64,000 nt of DNA from Acidobacteriota bacterium (GCA_003225335.1 QHZE01000451.1:2612-66611), one strand, 5' to 3'; shown: positions 48,367 to 58,296, numbered from the stretch's first letter. Notes: generated from the sequence alone by a model not told the origin. Made by a program: numbers and translations.

Positions 48367-49200
48367 TCAGCGGATCGTGGCTACAGGCTTGAGGTAACGC
48401 AGGGATTCCTTCAGGGGCCGGACTTGGAGGTTCTTCTTCACGGCGACCAGCTCTGCTGCGATGCTGATCGCGATTTCCTCCGGGGTTTCAGAGCCGATTT
48501 CAATTCCCACGGGAGCGTAGACGCGCTCGAAATTCGCAGGGTCCATCCCTTCGCGCTCCAGCGCCTCATAAAGAAGTTTTGTCTTGCGCCGGCTGCCGAG
48601 CAGGCCGATGTATTTGGCCGGTGTGTGTAGCGCAAAGCGCAGGCAGGCCAGATCAAAGTTGTGCCCGCGCGTCGCAATAAGGACATAAGAAGAGTCGTTG
48701 ACGGGCAGTTTTCGAAAGTTTTCTTCCCACGGGTCCACGTAAATGGTATCGGCCTGCGGAAAGCGCTCGGGATTGGCGTATTTGATCCTGTCGTCGACAA
48801 CGGCGATCTTGAATCCGATGCTCCTGGCAACCTGCGCCACGCACTGGCCCACATGACCGGCGCCGAAGACGTAGAGAACAGGATCGGGAAGTATCGGTTC
48901 CACGTAAACCTCCATGACGCCCCCGCAGAGAAGTCCGCTTTCTTCCGCGTCATCTTCGGTCAGATCAAACGTCAGCAATTTTGGCTTCTCGATGCGCATC
49001 ACCAGCAAGGCTTCGCGGCAAACCTCCGCCTCGGTGCAGCCTCCTCCGATGCTCCCCCACTGCCGGCCATCTTCATAAACGAGCATTTTTGCGGGGTCTT
49101 TGCGCGGTGTGGATCCTTTGCGCGCCACGATGGTCGCCAGCGCCGCCCGTTGGCCGCGTCGGCGGACTTCAACGATCTCTTCGTACAGGTCCTCAGGCAT
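48367..49200 (-). CDS. XdhC/CoxI-family accessory protein
   Basis: 277 aa. ..GGGCTEAEV.. and a Rossmann-like motif ..YVFGAGHVG.. are typical of XdhC. Confidence 0.8.
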   Translation of the reverse strand: MPEDLYEEIVEVRRRGQRAALATIVARKGSTPRKDPAKMLVYEDGRQWGSIGGGCTEAEVCREALLVMRIEKPKLLTFDLTEDDAEESGLLCGGVMEVYVEPILPDPVLYVFGAGHVGQCVAQVARSIGFKIAVVDDRIKYANPERFPQADTIYVDPWEENFRKLPVNDSSYVLIATRGHNFDLACLRFALHTPAKYIGLLGSRRKTKLLYEALEREGMDPANFERVYAPVGIEIGSETPEEIAISIAAELVAVKKNLQVRPLKESLRYLKPVATIR

Positions 49201-49254
49201 AATGACAAAGCATTATGCCACAAACTACGCGATCGTGTGATCTGCCCGATCTTG

Positions 49255-49470
49255 AGGTAGTGGGTCATTTTGAATTTGAAAAGGGCCCACTACCCAAAAT
49301 TCACTCGACCATCCTGTCCATCCAGTTATCCTGTCTGGCTGTTTAACCCGTCGCAGCATGCGCGGGGCAAATAGGACGGATCGGACAGGATAACAGGATT
49401 TACTGGATTGGGGGGGACAGATGACAAAATTCGGTAGTGGGTCATTTTGAATTGAAAATGACCCAGTACC
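49255..49470. repeat. MITE-like element: 34 bp terminal repeats GTGGGTCATTTTGAATTTGAAAAGGGCCCACTAC flanking about 140 bp with an internal inverted repeat (GGATAACAGGA / TCCTGTTATCC)
   Basis: The terminal copies lie at 49255-49290 and 49433-49470 and are near-identical. There is no coding capacity. Confidence 0.6.
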
Positions 49471-49502
49471 GATCTTGACGGGCGCAATCAGAACTGCGAG
49501 TC

Positions 49503-49570
49503 ACCAGTACATGATTTCACAAATACGCCAACGTATTTTCCCGGCCTTTCGCCCCGCCGGGGTGAAATAC
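49503..49570. repeat. family H element
   Basis: TACATGATTTCACAAATACGCCAACGTATTTTCCCGGCCTTTCGCCCCGCCGGGGTGAAATACG. Confidence 0.6.
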
Positions 49571-49571
49571 G

Positions 49572-49820
49572 TCAGGCAGCCGGTACCAGCTTCTTGTTCA
49601 GGAACTGAATCAGTTTATTGACGGAATCCAGGTTTTCCGGAATGATCTCGTCATCTTGAAACCTGATCCCATATTGTTCTTCAATGAAGGCCACCAACTC
49701 CAGAACGCCGGTCGAGTCAATGAGGCCCTTTTCCAGGAAGGAGTCATCATCTGAAAACTGACTGTCTTCCACACCAAACAAGAAGTTGTCGATGATAAAT
49801 CGTCGCAGTTCTTCTCTCAC
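49572..49820 (-). CDS. acyl carrier protein-like
   Basis: 82 aa acidic protein. ..LIDSTGVLELV.. matches the phosphopantetheine attachment Ser motif (DSx). Confidence 0.7.
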   Translation of the reverse strand: MREELRRFIIDNFLFGVEDSQFSDDDSFLEKGLIDSTGVLELVAFIEEQYGIRFQDDEIIPENLDSVNKLIQFLNKKLVPAA

Positions 49821-49823
49821 ATT

Positions 49824-51761
49824 TCACCACATTAGATGTTCGATGAATTGGTCTACCATGAGCTGAGTAGAAAGGACACCAGCCAGCGCCATGTTGTCTT
49901 TGATTCCGATCGCCAGCCCTCGGCGGAACTTATCAACTAGCTTTTGGACCGCGGCAGGCCGGAAGAGGCCAGTCTTTCGAATTTGCGCCGGGGCCAGAGC
50001 CGCCTCGACATAATCGCGACCTCTGCCGTTGGAGAAGAAGCTTTTTCCCTCCGGAGCGCGGTAAGGTTGCTTCGGTCTCTTCTCGACGGAACGGGGAATG
50101 AGGTGTTCCGCACAGCGCTTCAAAATGTATTTCTCATTCAACACTTTCATCTTGAGATTGGGTGGGATCAATGCCGCCAGCTGGACTACCCGATGATCCA
50201 GGAAAGGGAAGCGTCCCTCGACCGAATGCGCCATTGCCATCCGGTCTCCCTGCGATGAGAGAATGTAACCGGGTAACAGAAACATTGCTTCCAGGTACTG
50301 TGCCCTGCAAAAAGAGTCCCAACGGTAATAGTCTTCGGGTAAATTCGCTTCGAGCTCCGTGTAGCAGTTTTCCGAGCGGAGCTCGTCTTTGACATCGTCC
50401 GAAAAGAGGACTTTGATTCTTGAAGTCAGCATCCATCGAGGAAGGTGCGAGAAGAAGGGGTTCGACAGGTCCTCCGCGTTGACGTGAAAGAACGCCTTGA
50501 GATATTCCGGAGGCTGCTCTTGCAAAATGGGAAGATACGGATAGAGCCGCTTGAGAAGCAGAGGGCGGACCTGAGAATCCGGCTGCACTCCCCAGAACCG
50601 GCGTATCTTGGTCTCCTTGAAGATGTCATAGCCGCCCAGGATCTCATCGGAGCCTTCGCCTGTCAGAACCACCTTGTAGCCCTGCTCCCGGACCAGGCGG
50701 GAAAGAATAAAAAATGGAGAGGGCGCCGTTCGAAGGATCGGCTTTTCCGTTTGCCAGATGACACGAGGAAATACCTGCCCGATGTCGTCGTAGCTGCAAC
50801 GGATCTCGTGACGCTCGGTTCCTAAAAACCGGCTCACCTCTTCCTGATACGGCGCTTCGTTGAATTCCGGATCATCGAACGTGACGGAGAAAGCCTTGAG
50901 AGGTGTGTTCGTAAATCTTCGAACGATTGCTGTGATTATGCCGGAATCGAGCCCGCCACTCAAATAGGCGCCCACCGGCACGTCCGCTCGAAGCCGAATG
51001 CGTGTCGCGTCCACGAGCAGGTCCAGAAGCTGCTCGCTATACTCCTGCTCTTCCCTGCGTCCGATCTTGCGGATTTCTGAAGCAGGCGAATAGTCCAGCT
51101 GCCAGTATCGCTGGGATTTGATGCAGCCGTTCTGAACCGTCATCGAATGGCCCGCAGGCAGCTCTTGAATCCCACGAAAGATGGTCCTTGGGGGCAACGT
51201 GAACCAGAAAGTGAAAACCTGATCCAGCCCTACGCGATCCACCTCGCGTGATACTCCGGGATGGCGAAGCAGCGACTTTATTTCCGAAGCAAAGAGAAAC
51301 ACGCCATTGCAGGTTGTATAGAAGAGCGGCCTAACCGCTAAACGGTCCCGTGAAAGAAATAGCTTCTGATTCTTCGAATCCCAGATGGCAAAGGCCCACT
51401 GGCCGTTAAAGTCCTTGACGCAATCCTCCCCTTTTTCCTCATAGTGGTGCAGGATGACTTCCGTATCCGAGTGGGTTGCAAAACGATGCCCCTTGCGGAT
51501 GAGGTCCTCTCTCAATTCGAGATAGTTGAAGATTTCACCGTTAAAAGTAATCCAAAGAGACCGATCCTCATTGGGCATTGGCTGGTGCCCACAGGCCAAA
51601 TCGATGATGCTGAGCCGGGCGTGCGCCAGCCCGACGTTCCGATCAATATGGATTCCGCAATCGTCCGGTCCGCGGTGCCGGACAGTTTGGATCATCCGGC
51701 GCAGAAGGTCAGGATCGGCGCCCGCATCATCAAAGTTCAGCACTCCGGCTATCCCGCACAT
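49824..51761 (-). CDS. asparagine synthetase (glutamine-hydrolysing) family amidotransferase
   Basis: N-terminal MCGIAG (Ntn Cys2). PP-loop ..YLSGGLDSG... 645 aa. Confidence 0.85.
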   Translation of the reverse strand: MCGIAGVLNFDDAGADPDLLRRMIQTVRHRGPDDCGIHIDRNVGLAHARLSIIDLACGHQPMPNEDRSLWITFNGEIFNYLELREDLIRKGHRFATHSDTEVILHHYEEKGEDCVKDFNGQWAFAIWDSKNQKLFLSRDRLAVRPLFYTTCNGVFLFASEIKSLLRHPGVSREVDRVGLDQVFTFWFTLPPRTIFRGIQELPAGHSMTVQNGCIKSQRYWQLDYSPASEIRKIGRREEQEYSEQLLDLLVDATRIRLRADVPVGAYLSGGLDSGIITAIVRRFTNTPLKAFSVTFDDPEFNEAPYQEEVSRFLGTERHEIRCSYDDIGQVFPRVIWQTEKPILRTAPSPFFILSRLVREQGYKVVLTGEGSDEILGGYDIFKETKIRRFWGVQPDSQVRPLLLKRLYPYLPILQEQPPEYLKAFFHVNAEDLSNPFFSHLPRWMLTSRIKVLFSDDVKDELRSENCYTELEANLPEDYYRWDSFCRAQYLEAMFLLPGYILSSQGDRMAMAHSVEGRFPFLDHRVVQLAALIPPNLKMKVLNEKYILKRCAEHLIPRSVEKRPKQPYRAPEGKSFFSNGRGRDYVEAALAPAQIRKTGLFRPAAVQKLVDKFRRGLAIGIKDNMALAGVLSTQLMVDQFIEHLMW

Positions 51762-53002
51762 ACTGCCGCCTGTCTCGCTCCGTTATTTGTGCCCTGACAC
51801 CCTTTTTGTGCCCAGTCATCCGCAGCTGAACCAGTCGATGCCCCGCTTTTGCTGACAGTCCCGTTGACTGCGGCTCTCCGGAACGAGGAGATCTGCTTAT
51901 CATTCCCTGTCTCTGAGAGGTCACAGAACCGCATCCACCATTCTCCTTCCAAGCGTGTGAGGAAGGCGTTTCCCCGATGGATCACGTCCAGAATATCCTT
52001 GTTTCGCGACTGTACTAACACTCCGCCGGGCCAGGTAAAGCCACAATGGCTGCTTGACAGTTCCAGAGCGAACTCCGGCTCTGTTTGCCCGGAAACTGCG
52101 ATCGCCCCTTGCTGCCACGCCTGGTAGAAGAGATGATTTAAGACATGAGCGATTGAGCGAACTTTGCCTCCGATTTGCAACACCTGGCTTACCGCGCCCG
52201 GTTTTGCGTAATACAAATACCAGCCCAATATTTCTCCCTTGACACTTTGAACCATTCCTTTCCGAAGTTCCCCGTGCTTCTTCTGTTCCCCCGCCTTTTT
52301 CAGAAGCCACTTGAGTGAATCGAGGTCGTATTCGGGCTGCAATGCCCGATGCCCGGCCAAATGGCGAAGGCACCAAATAATAGCCTCTTCAGCGGGCTCT
52401 GCTTCGATGCTTTCAGGCTCCGAAAAGCAATAAGGTCCGTCCGCAATCCGAACAGCCGCGGCATCCAGGGCCCAAGAGATCGGGCGCGAAGCCTTGGCAA
52501 CAGTTCCCAGCAGCCTCCGGTTTTCACAAAGATTCACCAGGTACTGGGCAGGCCGCAGTATCCGGGTCCACAGCGGGGAGTACAACATCGCGACACTTCC
52601 CCCCGCAGCCTCCCAGACTCTCCGGGCCAACCCGTTTGCTCCGTCGGAAAAGGATAAATCCTGCGGTCCGGAAAAGAATTTCCGGAATAGTTCTAGCGCA
52701 GCAAACGGAAGGCCTTTGCTCCGATCCACCACGATCTGTGAAGCAACCGCCGCCTTAATCGACTTTCCCATGAACCTCATAGGGCGGGGCATTACACCTA
52801 CGAAACCGGCAATTCGCCGGTCGGAGTTTTCATAGACCAAGGACGGGAAATCCCCTGACTGCCAAGGATTCAAGAAAAAGACTTCCTCAAGATAGCGGCT
52901 CAGCGAATCCAGCGGAACTGATTCCCGGAGGTGAAACTCTTTCGCCCAAAGCTCAGCAACCTCGCCAGTATCGTCCTTCTGAAACTCTCTTACTCGGCCC
53001 AT
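51749..53002 (-). CDS. GNAT/FemAB-like acyltransferase-fold protein (tentative)
   Basis: 417 aa. A weak GNAT-like segment (..IAGFVGVMP..). It overlaps the asnB-like start by 13 nt. Confidence 0.35.
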   Translation of the reverse strand: MGRVREFQKDDTGEVAELWAKEFHLRESVPLDSLSRYLEEVFFLNPWQSGDFPSLVYENSDRRIAGFVGVMPRPMRFMGKSIKAAVASQIVVDRSKGLPFAALELFRKFFSGPQDLSFSDGANGLARRVWEAAGGSVAMLYSPLWTRILRPAQYLVNLCENRRLLGTVAKASRPISWALDAAAVRIADGPYCFSEPESIEAEPAEEAIIWCLRHLAGHRALQPEYDLDSLKWLLKKAGEQKKHGELRKGMVQSVKGEILGWYLYYAKPGAVSQVLQIGGKVRSIAHVLNHLFYQAWQQGAIAVSGQTEPEFALELSSSHCGFTWPGGVLVQSRNKDILDVIHRGNAFLTRLEGEWWMRFCDLSETGNDKQISSFRRAAVNGTVSKSGASTGSAADDWAQKGCQGTNNGARQAAVCAG

Positions 53003-53250
53003 CCTGGATTAGCCGCTCCAATCTGCCAGTTAGTTTCTGTCGCAAGACCAAGGATCCCGAAGGGGGTCCAGCAGGAAAGCCCAGGGCGCAAGCCTTGGGT
53101 TCAAGGTCCGGATTGCAGCTTGAAGTACAAATTCACCTCATAAGAACCCCAATGCAAAAACAGAAAGCAAACAGATGAAAGGCTACGAAGCAAACAGCAT
53201 GCCAGCTTTGCTTTGGAAACGAGGAAAGGTAAATTCCGAAATTCGAGCGG

Positions 53251-53279
53251 CCTGGAGCCAGGAAGCTTCTGGCTCCAGG
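53251..53279. promoter_or_regulatory. perfect 29 bp palindrome CCTGGAGCCAGGAAGCTTCTGGCTCCAGG in an otherwise gene-free 740 bp spacer
   Basis: Exact dyad symmetry centred on AAGCTT. Either an operator-like site or a hairpin. Confidence 0.3.
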
Positions 53280-53739
53280 CCGGGCTGAAGCGGCAAAGAT
53301 TTACCATCAGTGGAATTCAAGTACCGTGGGCTGTGAGCCGACTGCAATGCTTTGCGGTTGGCCTGGAGGCGTAGTCCATTCTGGATCATCGGCTGATCGA
53401 AATTCGCCGCGAAGATTCGGCCAAATACAAGATGCGGGAAAAACACGTACTCAAGGAAGGTTTCCGCGATCTCGTGACGGAGGTATTGCAGCGGGCCGAG
53501 CAGACCTATGGCGCTCCCGTCAGTCCCTGTTTCGTGAATCCGGAAGCAGGCCGGGCGCATGAAACGCTCTCCACTTGGAGCGGCGCTTGCATGCGGATAT
53601 TTCGATCCCGGCGCCGTGGAACCATTGGTCCCAAGCTGAAGAAAAGCGGCGGCGCATCCGCCGGGGCTTGCGAGGACATGTCCGCGTTGGACATTGTTTC
53701 TGTGCAGTTACTCACCATCAGTTCTTGACGACAGATCTG

Positions 53740-55290
53740 ATGCTGATCCCAAACCTTTTGGAGTCCACCGCTGGCCGGTTCCCGAACAAGGACGCGCTGT
53801 GGTACAAGCAGGAATGGATGACCTATGCGCAACTGGAAACGTATGCCAATCGCCTTGCGCGTGCCTTGAGGAAGCTCGGAGTGAAACAATGCGACCGCGT
53901 AGCCTTGCTGTATGAAAACTCTTTTTACTACGTCATCGCCCACTTCGCCATCTTCAAGGCCGGGGCCGTAAGCGTTTCCTTGAACACCGAGACTTCGGCG
54001 CAATCACTGGCGTATTTGCTCCATGATTGCGAAGCCAAAGCGATTTTTGCCGCTGGAAAATATTTGCCGCTGCTTGCGCAAACGGAAGCCCAGCTCTCCC
54101 ATCTCGAACATGTCTTCACGGACCGGGATGCTTTGGCGTTTCCTCCGGGGTTCACGCGCCTTCGCGCGGCGGCCATCGAAGATCTATGGTCCCAAGGCCC
54201 GGGTGACCCACCTTCGTGTGAAGTAAGGGAAGCGGATCTCGGTTCGCTGGTGTATACCTCCGGTAGTACCGCCAAGCCCAAGGGCGTGATGCTGTCGCAT
54301 CAAAATCTCGTCAGCAATGCCCAAGCTGTGCTGCAATACATGCAGTTGACGCCGGAGGATCGAGTTCTCTGCGTCCTGCCCTTCTACTACATCTATGGCA
54401 CGTCGCTGCTTTATACCCATTTCGCGGCGGGCGGCTCAGTCGTCATTGAAAACCGTTTCGCGTATCCCAACGTGGCGCTGGATACCTTAGAAAAAACCGC
54501 GGCCAGTGGTTTCGCGGGCGTTCCTTCCACCTTCGCCATTCTGCTGACCAAATCCACGCTGCGGAGGCGCGTTTTTCCCAGCCTTCGCTACGTGACTCAG
54601 GCGGGAGGGGCCATGGCGCCTGCGCTGCAAAAGGAGGTGGCCGAAGCATTCCAACCAGCGCGGCTTTTCATCATGTACGGGTGCACTGAGGCCGCGCCAC
54701 GCCTTACCTATTTGGAGCCTGAGGCCTTGCCCTTGAAATGGGGTTCCATCGGCAAGGCCGTTCCCGGCGTCGAAGTCATTGTCGCGGATGAACGCGGAAA
54801 CCGGCTTCCGCCGGGAAAAACCGGGGAAATAGCGGCGCGTGGGCCGAACATCATGATGGGTTACTGGAAGGACCCGCAGGCCACCGCCGAGGCCATCCGC
54901 AACGGCTGGTACTTCACCGGCGATTTGGGTCGCGAGGACGAGGAAGGATATCTCTTCGTCGTAGGCCGCAGCAAGGACATGATCAAGACTGCCGGCAACA
55001 GCGTCAGCGCGCAGGAAATCGAAGAAGTGCTGATGGAATTGGAAGGCGTTTCCGAGGCCGCCGTGATCGGCATTCCGGACGCCATTCTCGGAGAGGGCAT
55101 CAAGGTTTTTGTGGTCCCTAAGCCAGGACGAGCGCTTGATCCGGAAGCGATAAAGGCGAAGCTGAAAATCCGTCTGCCCGTCTTCAATCAGCCGGCGTGG
55201 ATAGAAGTACGGGACGATTTGCCTAAGAGCGTGGCGGGGAAGGTTTTGAAGACCATCCTCAGGGATGAGGCCTGCTCATCGCTGGGATGA
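53740..55290 (+). CDS. AMP-dependent synthetase/ligase (acyl-CoA/acyl-ACP ligase)
   Basis: Start ATG 53740; the track start at 53575 is an artifact. Motifs YTSGSTAKPKG and ..GYWKD.. ..TGD.. Confidence 0.85.
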   Translation: MLIPNLLESTAGRFPNKDALWYKQEWMTYAQLETYANRLARALRKLGVKQCDRVALLYENSFYYVIAHFAIFKAGAVSVSLNTETSAQSLAYLLHDCEAKAIFAAGKYLPLLAQTEAQLSHLEHVFTDRDALAFPPGFTRLRAAAIEDLWSQGPGDPPSCEVREADLGSLVYTSGSTAKPKGVMLSHQNLVSNAQAVLQYMQLTPEDRVLCVLPFYYIYGTSLLYTHFAAGGSVVIENRFAYPNVALDTLEKTAASGFAGVPSTFAILLTKSTLRRRVFPSLRYVTQAGGAMAPALQKEVAEAFQPARLFIMYGCTEAAPRLTYLEPEALPLKWGSIGKAVPGVEVIVADERGNRLPPGKTGEIAARGPNIMMGYWKDPQATAEAIRNGWYFTGDLGREDEEGYLFVVGRSKDMIKTAGNSVSAQEIEEVLMELEGVSEAAVIGIPDAILGEGIKVFVVPKPGRALDPEAIKAKLKIRLPVFNQPAWIEVRDDLPKSVAGKVLKTILRDEACSSLG

Positions 55291-55295
55291 ACACA

Positions 55296-55445
55296 GGCCC
55301 GTGGCACGGGCGTCTCGCCCGTGGGAAACGAGGATCTAACCTGGGTCCGGGACGGCATGCCACGGCTCGCTTGTGAATGCCTTGGGTTCGCCGCTACTAA
55401 TAGCGAGTGAGCCTCATAGCAGTCATTCACGGGCGGGACGCCCGT
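55296..55445. repeat. family F element
   Basis: CCCGTGGCACGGGCGTCTCGCCCGTGGG ... CTAATAGCGAGTGAGCCTCATAGC ... CACGGGCGGGACGCCCGTGCC. Confidence 0.7.
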
Positions 55446-55512
55446 GCCAGGATAGCTTCGTCGCAGGGCCCGGCCATGATACGAACCAACCCATGACAAT
55501 GGGAATCGGCTC

Positions 55513-56505
55513 ATGACGACAAAGACCTTTTCCAAGGACGTCTTGCAACTGGACTGCGCTGCCGAGGTGGAGCGCATCTCACGCGAGCTTCGGGACTTCG
55601 CCCAGAAATGCCGCAAACGCGGCGCGGTGGTGGCCCTGTCCGGTGGCATCGACAGCTCGACTACGGCAGCTCTGTGCGTCGCAGGGCTGGGCAAGGAACG
55701 GGTTTTCGGTCTGCACATGCCGGAACGCGATTCCTCCGGGGAAACGCCGAGGCTGAGTCAGGCGGTTTCCACACAGTTCGGGTTCGCCTCGGTGATGGAA
55801 GAGCTGACCCCTATATTGGAATCGCTGGGCTGCTATGCCCGCCGAGACGAGGCCATCAGCTCCGTGATCCCGGAGTACGGACCGGGATGGAAGGCCAAAA
55901 TCGTCCTGCCCAAGGTGACCGAACACACGGGGTTCAACTTTTATTCCATCGTGGCCCAATCCCCTGACGGCGCGCTGATCAAAGAGCGGCTGCCACATGA
56001 GGCCTATCTGCAAATCGTGGCGGCCACCAACTTCAAGCAGCGCGTGCGCAAGATGCTGGAGTATTACCACGCAGACCGGCTGAACTACCTGACCACAGGC
56101 ACCCCGAACCGGCTGGAATATGACCAGGGATTTTTCGTCAAATTGGGCGATGGCGCGGCGGACATCAAGCTCATTGCTCATCTTTACAAGTCCCAGGTCT
56201 ACCAGTTGGCCGAATATCTCGGCGTGCCCGAAAAAGTCCGGAAGCGGTCTCCGACCACGGATACCTATTCCCTGCATCAAAGCCAGGACGAATTTTACTT
56301 CTCCCTGCCTTATGAGCAGATGGACCTTTGCCTGTACGGCAAGAACAACGGAATCCCGGCCGCGGCCGTGGCCGAGCTGATCGGCCTTTCGGAGGAACAG
56401 GTGGAGCGGGTATATAAGGACATCGACGTGAAGCGGCGATCCACTCTCTACCTGCACTCGAACCCCCATTTAGTGGCCGCGATCCCCGAGATCCGGGGTA
56501 TTTAG
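55513..56505 (+). CDS. NAD+ synthetase-like PP-loop ATP pyrophosphatase
   Basis: PP-loop ALSGGIDSS. NadE-like overall. 330 aa. Confidence 0.7.
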   Translation: MTTKTFSKDVLQLDCAAEVERISRELRDFAQKCRKRGAVVALSGGIDSSTTAALCVAGLGKERVFGLHMPERDSSGETPRLSQAVSTQFGFASVMEELTPILESLGCYARRDEAISSVIPEYGPGWKAKIVLPKVTEHTGFNFYSIVAQSPDGALIKERLPHEAYLQIVAATNFKQRVRKMLEYYHADRLNYLTTGTPNRLEYDQGFFVKLGDGAADIKLIAHLYKSQVYQLAEYLGVPEKVRKRSPTTDTYSLHQSQDEFYFSLPYEQMDLCLYGKNNGIPAAAVAELIGLSEEQVERVYKDIDVKRRSTLYLHSNPHLVAAIPEIRGI

Positions 56506-56524
56506 GGCTTCAATCGCGGCCTTT

Positions 56525-56600
56525 TTCACGACAAAGACGCGAAGACACGAAGACTCACACAGACATGATCGTGGTGGATCTTCGTGTCTTTGTGGTGAAG
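56525..56600. repeat. family A palindromic element, full copy
   Basis: TTCACGACAAAGACGCGAAGACACGAAGACTCACACAGACATGATCGTGGTGGATCTTCGTGTCTTTGTGGTGAAGG. Confidence 0.8.
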
Positions 56601-56799
56601 GCCGGATGCGTGCGCTCCCAGGAGCAGGAGGACTCTTGCGCTCGACCCTTTGCCCCTACCATGATTACAATGATTATGATTACACCCGTGGTTGACTGGA
56701 TTCTTTCGGCGGTGATACTATTCGCCTTTTGTTTGACCCCTCGGGACTCTTCACCGAAACTTCGTATGAACGACTCATCTGATCCAGAGAAGGTGAACT

Positions 56800-58203
56800 T
56801 TGAGTACAGAGCCCATTCTTTACGACGTGGCCGTGATCGGGTCGGGCCCTGGAGGCTACGTCGCAGCCATCAAGGCCACTCAGCTCGGCCTGAAAGTCGC
56901 CCTGATTGAGAAATACGCCAAGTTTGGCGGCACCTGTCTTCATTGGGGCTGCATACCCACAAAAGCCCTCCTCCTCAACGCCGACCTCTACGAAAAGGCC
57001 CTCAACGGTAAAGAGTTCGGCATTCTTTACAAAGACATCAACCTGGACTTTCGCCTCGTGAAGGCGCGGAAGGACAAAATCGTCAAGAAGCTGGCTATGG
57101 GAACCGACTTCTTGATGAAAAAAAACAAGGTCGTCACCTTTCGCGGCAAGGGAACGATCACTGGTCCCGGCGTGATCCAGGTCGAGGGGGAAACGGTCCA
57201 GGAAGTTCGGGCCAGGAACATCGTCGTGGCCACCGGGTCGGAGGCCAAGCTGTTTCCCGGAATAGCACTGGACGGGCAGTGCCTGCTGACCAATAAGGAG
57301 ATCCTCGATCTGGACGGGATCCCCAGGTCGCTGCTGGTCATCGGCGCAGGCGCCGTGGGCATTGAGTTCGCATCGATCTTCTCCCGAGTGGGAACCGATG
57401 TGACAGTTGTTGAGATGCTGCCCCGAATCCTGCCTGTGGAGGACCATGAGATTTCCGAAGAGCTCAAGAAGATCCTTGGCAAGAAGAGAATGAAGCTGCT
57501 TACGGACGCGCGTCTGGACAATCTTCAGGTGCAGGACGGCAGGGCACACGCCACAGTGACTCTCCCTGGGGGCGAAGTCAAAACAATCATAACCGAGAAA
57601 GCTCTGATTGCCGTCGGGCGGCGTCCCGTTAGCGAAGGGATCGGGCTGGAGAAGCTGCGAGTGGCTACGACGAAGGGATTCATACCGGTGGACGAAAGAA
57701 TGGAAACCAACGTCCCGGGTATTTTTGCAATCGGCGATGTGGTGCCCACACAGCAACTGGCGCACCTCGCCTCTCACGAGGGCATGCTCGCCATGAGGCA
57801 TATCGCCGGCGAGAGCACCGAGCCGATTAACTACGATCTCGTGCCCAACTGCACGTACTGCAGCCCGGAAGTCGCGAGCGTCGGTCTTACGGAGAATAAG
57901 GCGCGAGACAGGGGATACGACGTCGTAACGAGCAAGTTTCCGTTTGCCGCTATTGGCAAAGCCACGATTCTGGGCGAGAATGAAGGGTTCGTCAAGTTCG
58001 TCTGCGACAGGAAGTATCAGGAGATCCTGGGTATCCACATGATCGGGCCGCACGTGACGGAACTGGTCGCAGAGGCTACCGCCTTGATTGGACTGGAAGC
58101 CACGGCTGCGGACGCGTGCCATTTGATTCACGCGCACCCCACGGTCTCCGAAGGAATCATGGAAGCCGCGCACGCCATCTACGGCGCCGCGATCCATTTA
58201 TAG
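56800..58203 (+). CDS. lpdA: dihydrolipoyl dehydrogenase (E3)
   Basis: GGTCLHWGCIPTK redox disulfide. FAD- and NAD-binding GxGxxG motifs. C-terminal HAHPTVSE. Confidence 0.9.
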   Translation: MSTEPILYDVAVIGSGPGGYVAAIKATQLGLKVALIEKYAKFGGTCLHWGCIPTKALLLNADLYEKALNGKEFGILYKDINLDFRLVKARKDKIVKKLAMGTDFLMKKNKVVTFRGKGTITGPGVIQVEGETVQEVRARNIVVATGSEAKLFPGIALDGQCLLTNKEILDLDGIPRSLLVIGAGAVGIEFASIFSRVGTDVTVVEMLPRILPVEDHEISEELKKILGKKRMKLLTDARLDNLQVQDGRAHATVTLPGGEVKTIITEKALIAVGRRPVSEGIGLEKLRVATTKGFIPVDERMETNVPGIFAIGDVVPTQQLAHLASHEGMLAMRHIAGESTEPINYDLVPNCTYCSPEVASVGLTENKARDRGYDVVTSKFPFAAIGKATILGENEGFVKFVCDRKYQEILGIHMIGPHVTELVAEATALIGLEATAADACHLIHAHPTVSEGIMEAAHAIYGAAIHL

Positions 58204-58296
58204 AAGACACAGCTACTGTCTGAATCGCAGTTGCAAGAGGTGCAATTAGACTGGGGGCCAAATTTTTCCGGGCTACCGTGAGGTGAGCTCTTGATC

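Noticed and set aside
53183-53728. ORFs 53183-53560 (minus) and 53432-53728 (plus) in the long spacer before the AMP-ligase.
   Set aside because: No motifs, no RBS, and they overlap each other. The region is better described as a non-coding spacer with a 29 bp palindrome.
55296-55330. TGGCACGGGCG in the family F repeat as a second sigma-54 promoter.
   Set aside because: There is no TTGC(A/T) at the -12 position (TGGCACGGGCGTCTCGC). It is part of a dispersed hairpin repeat.
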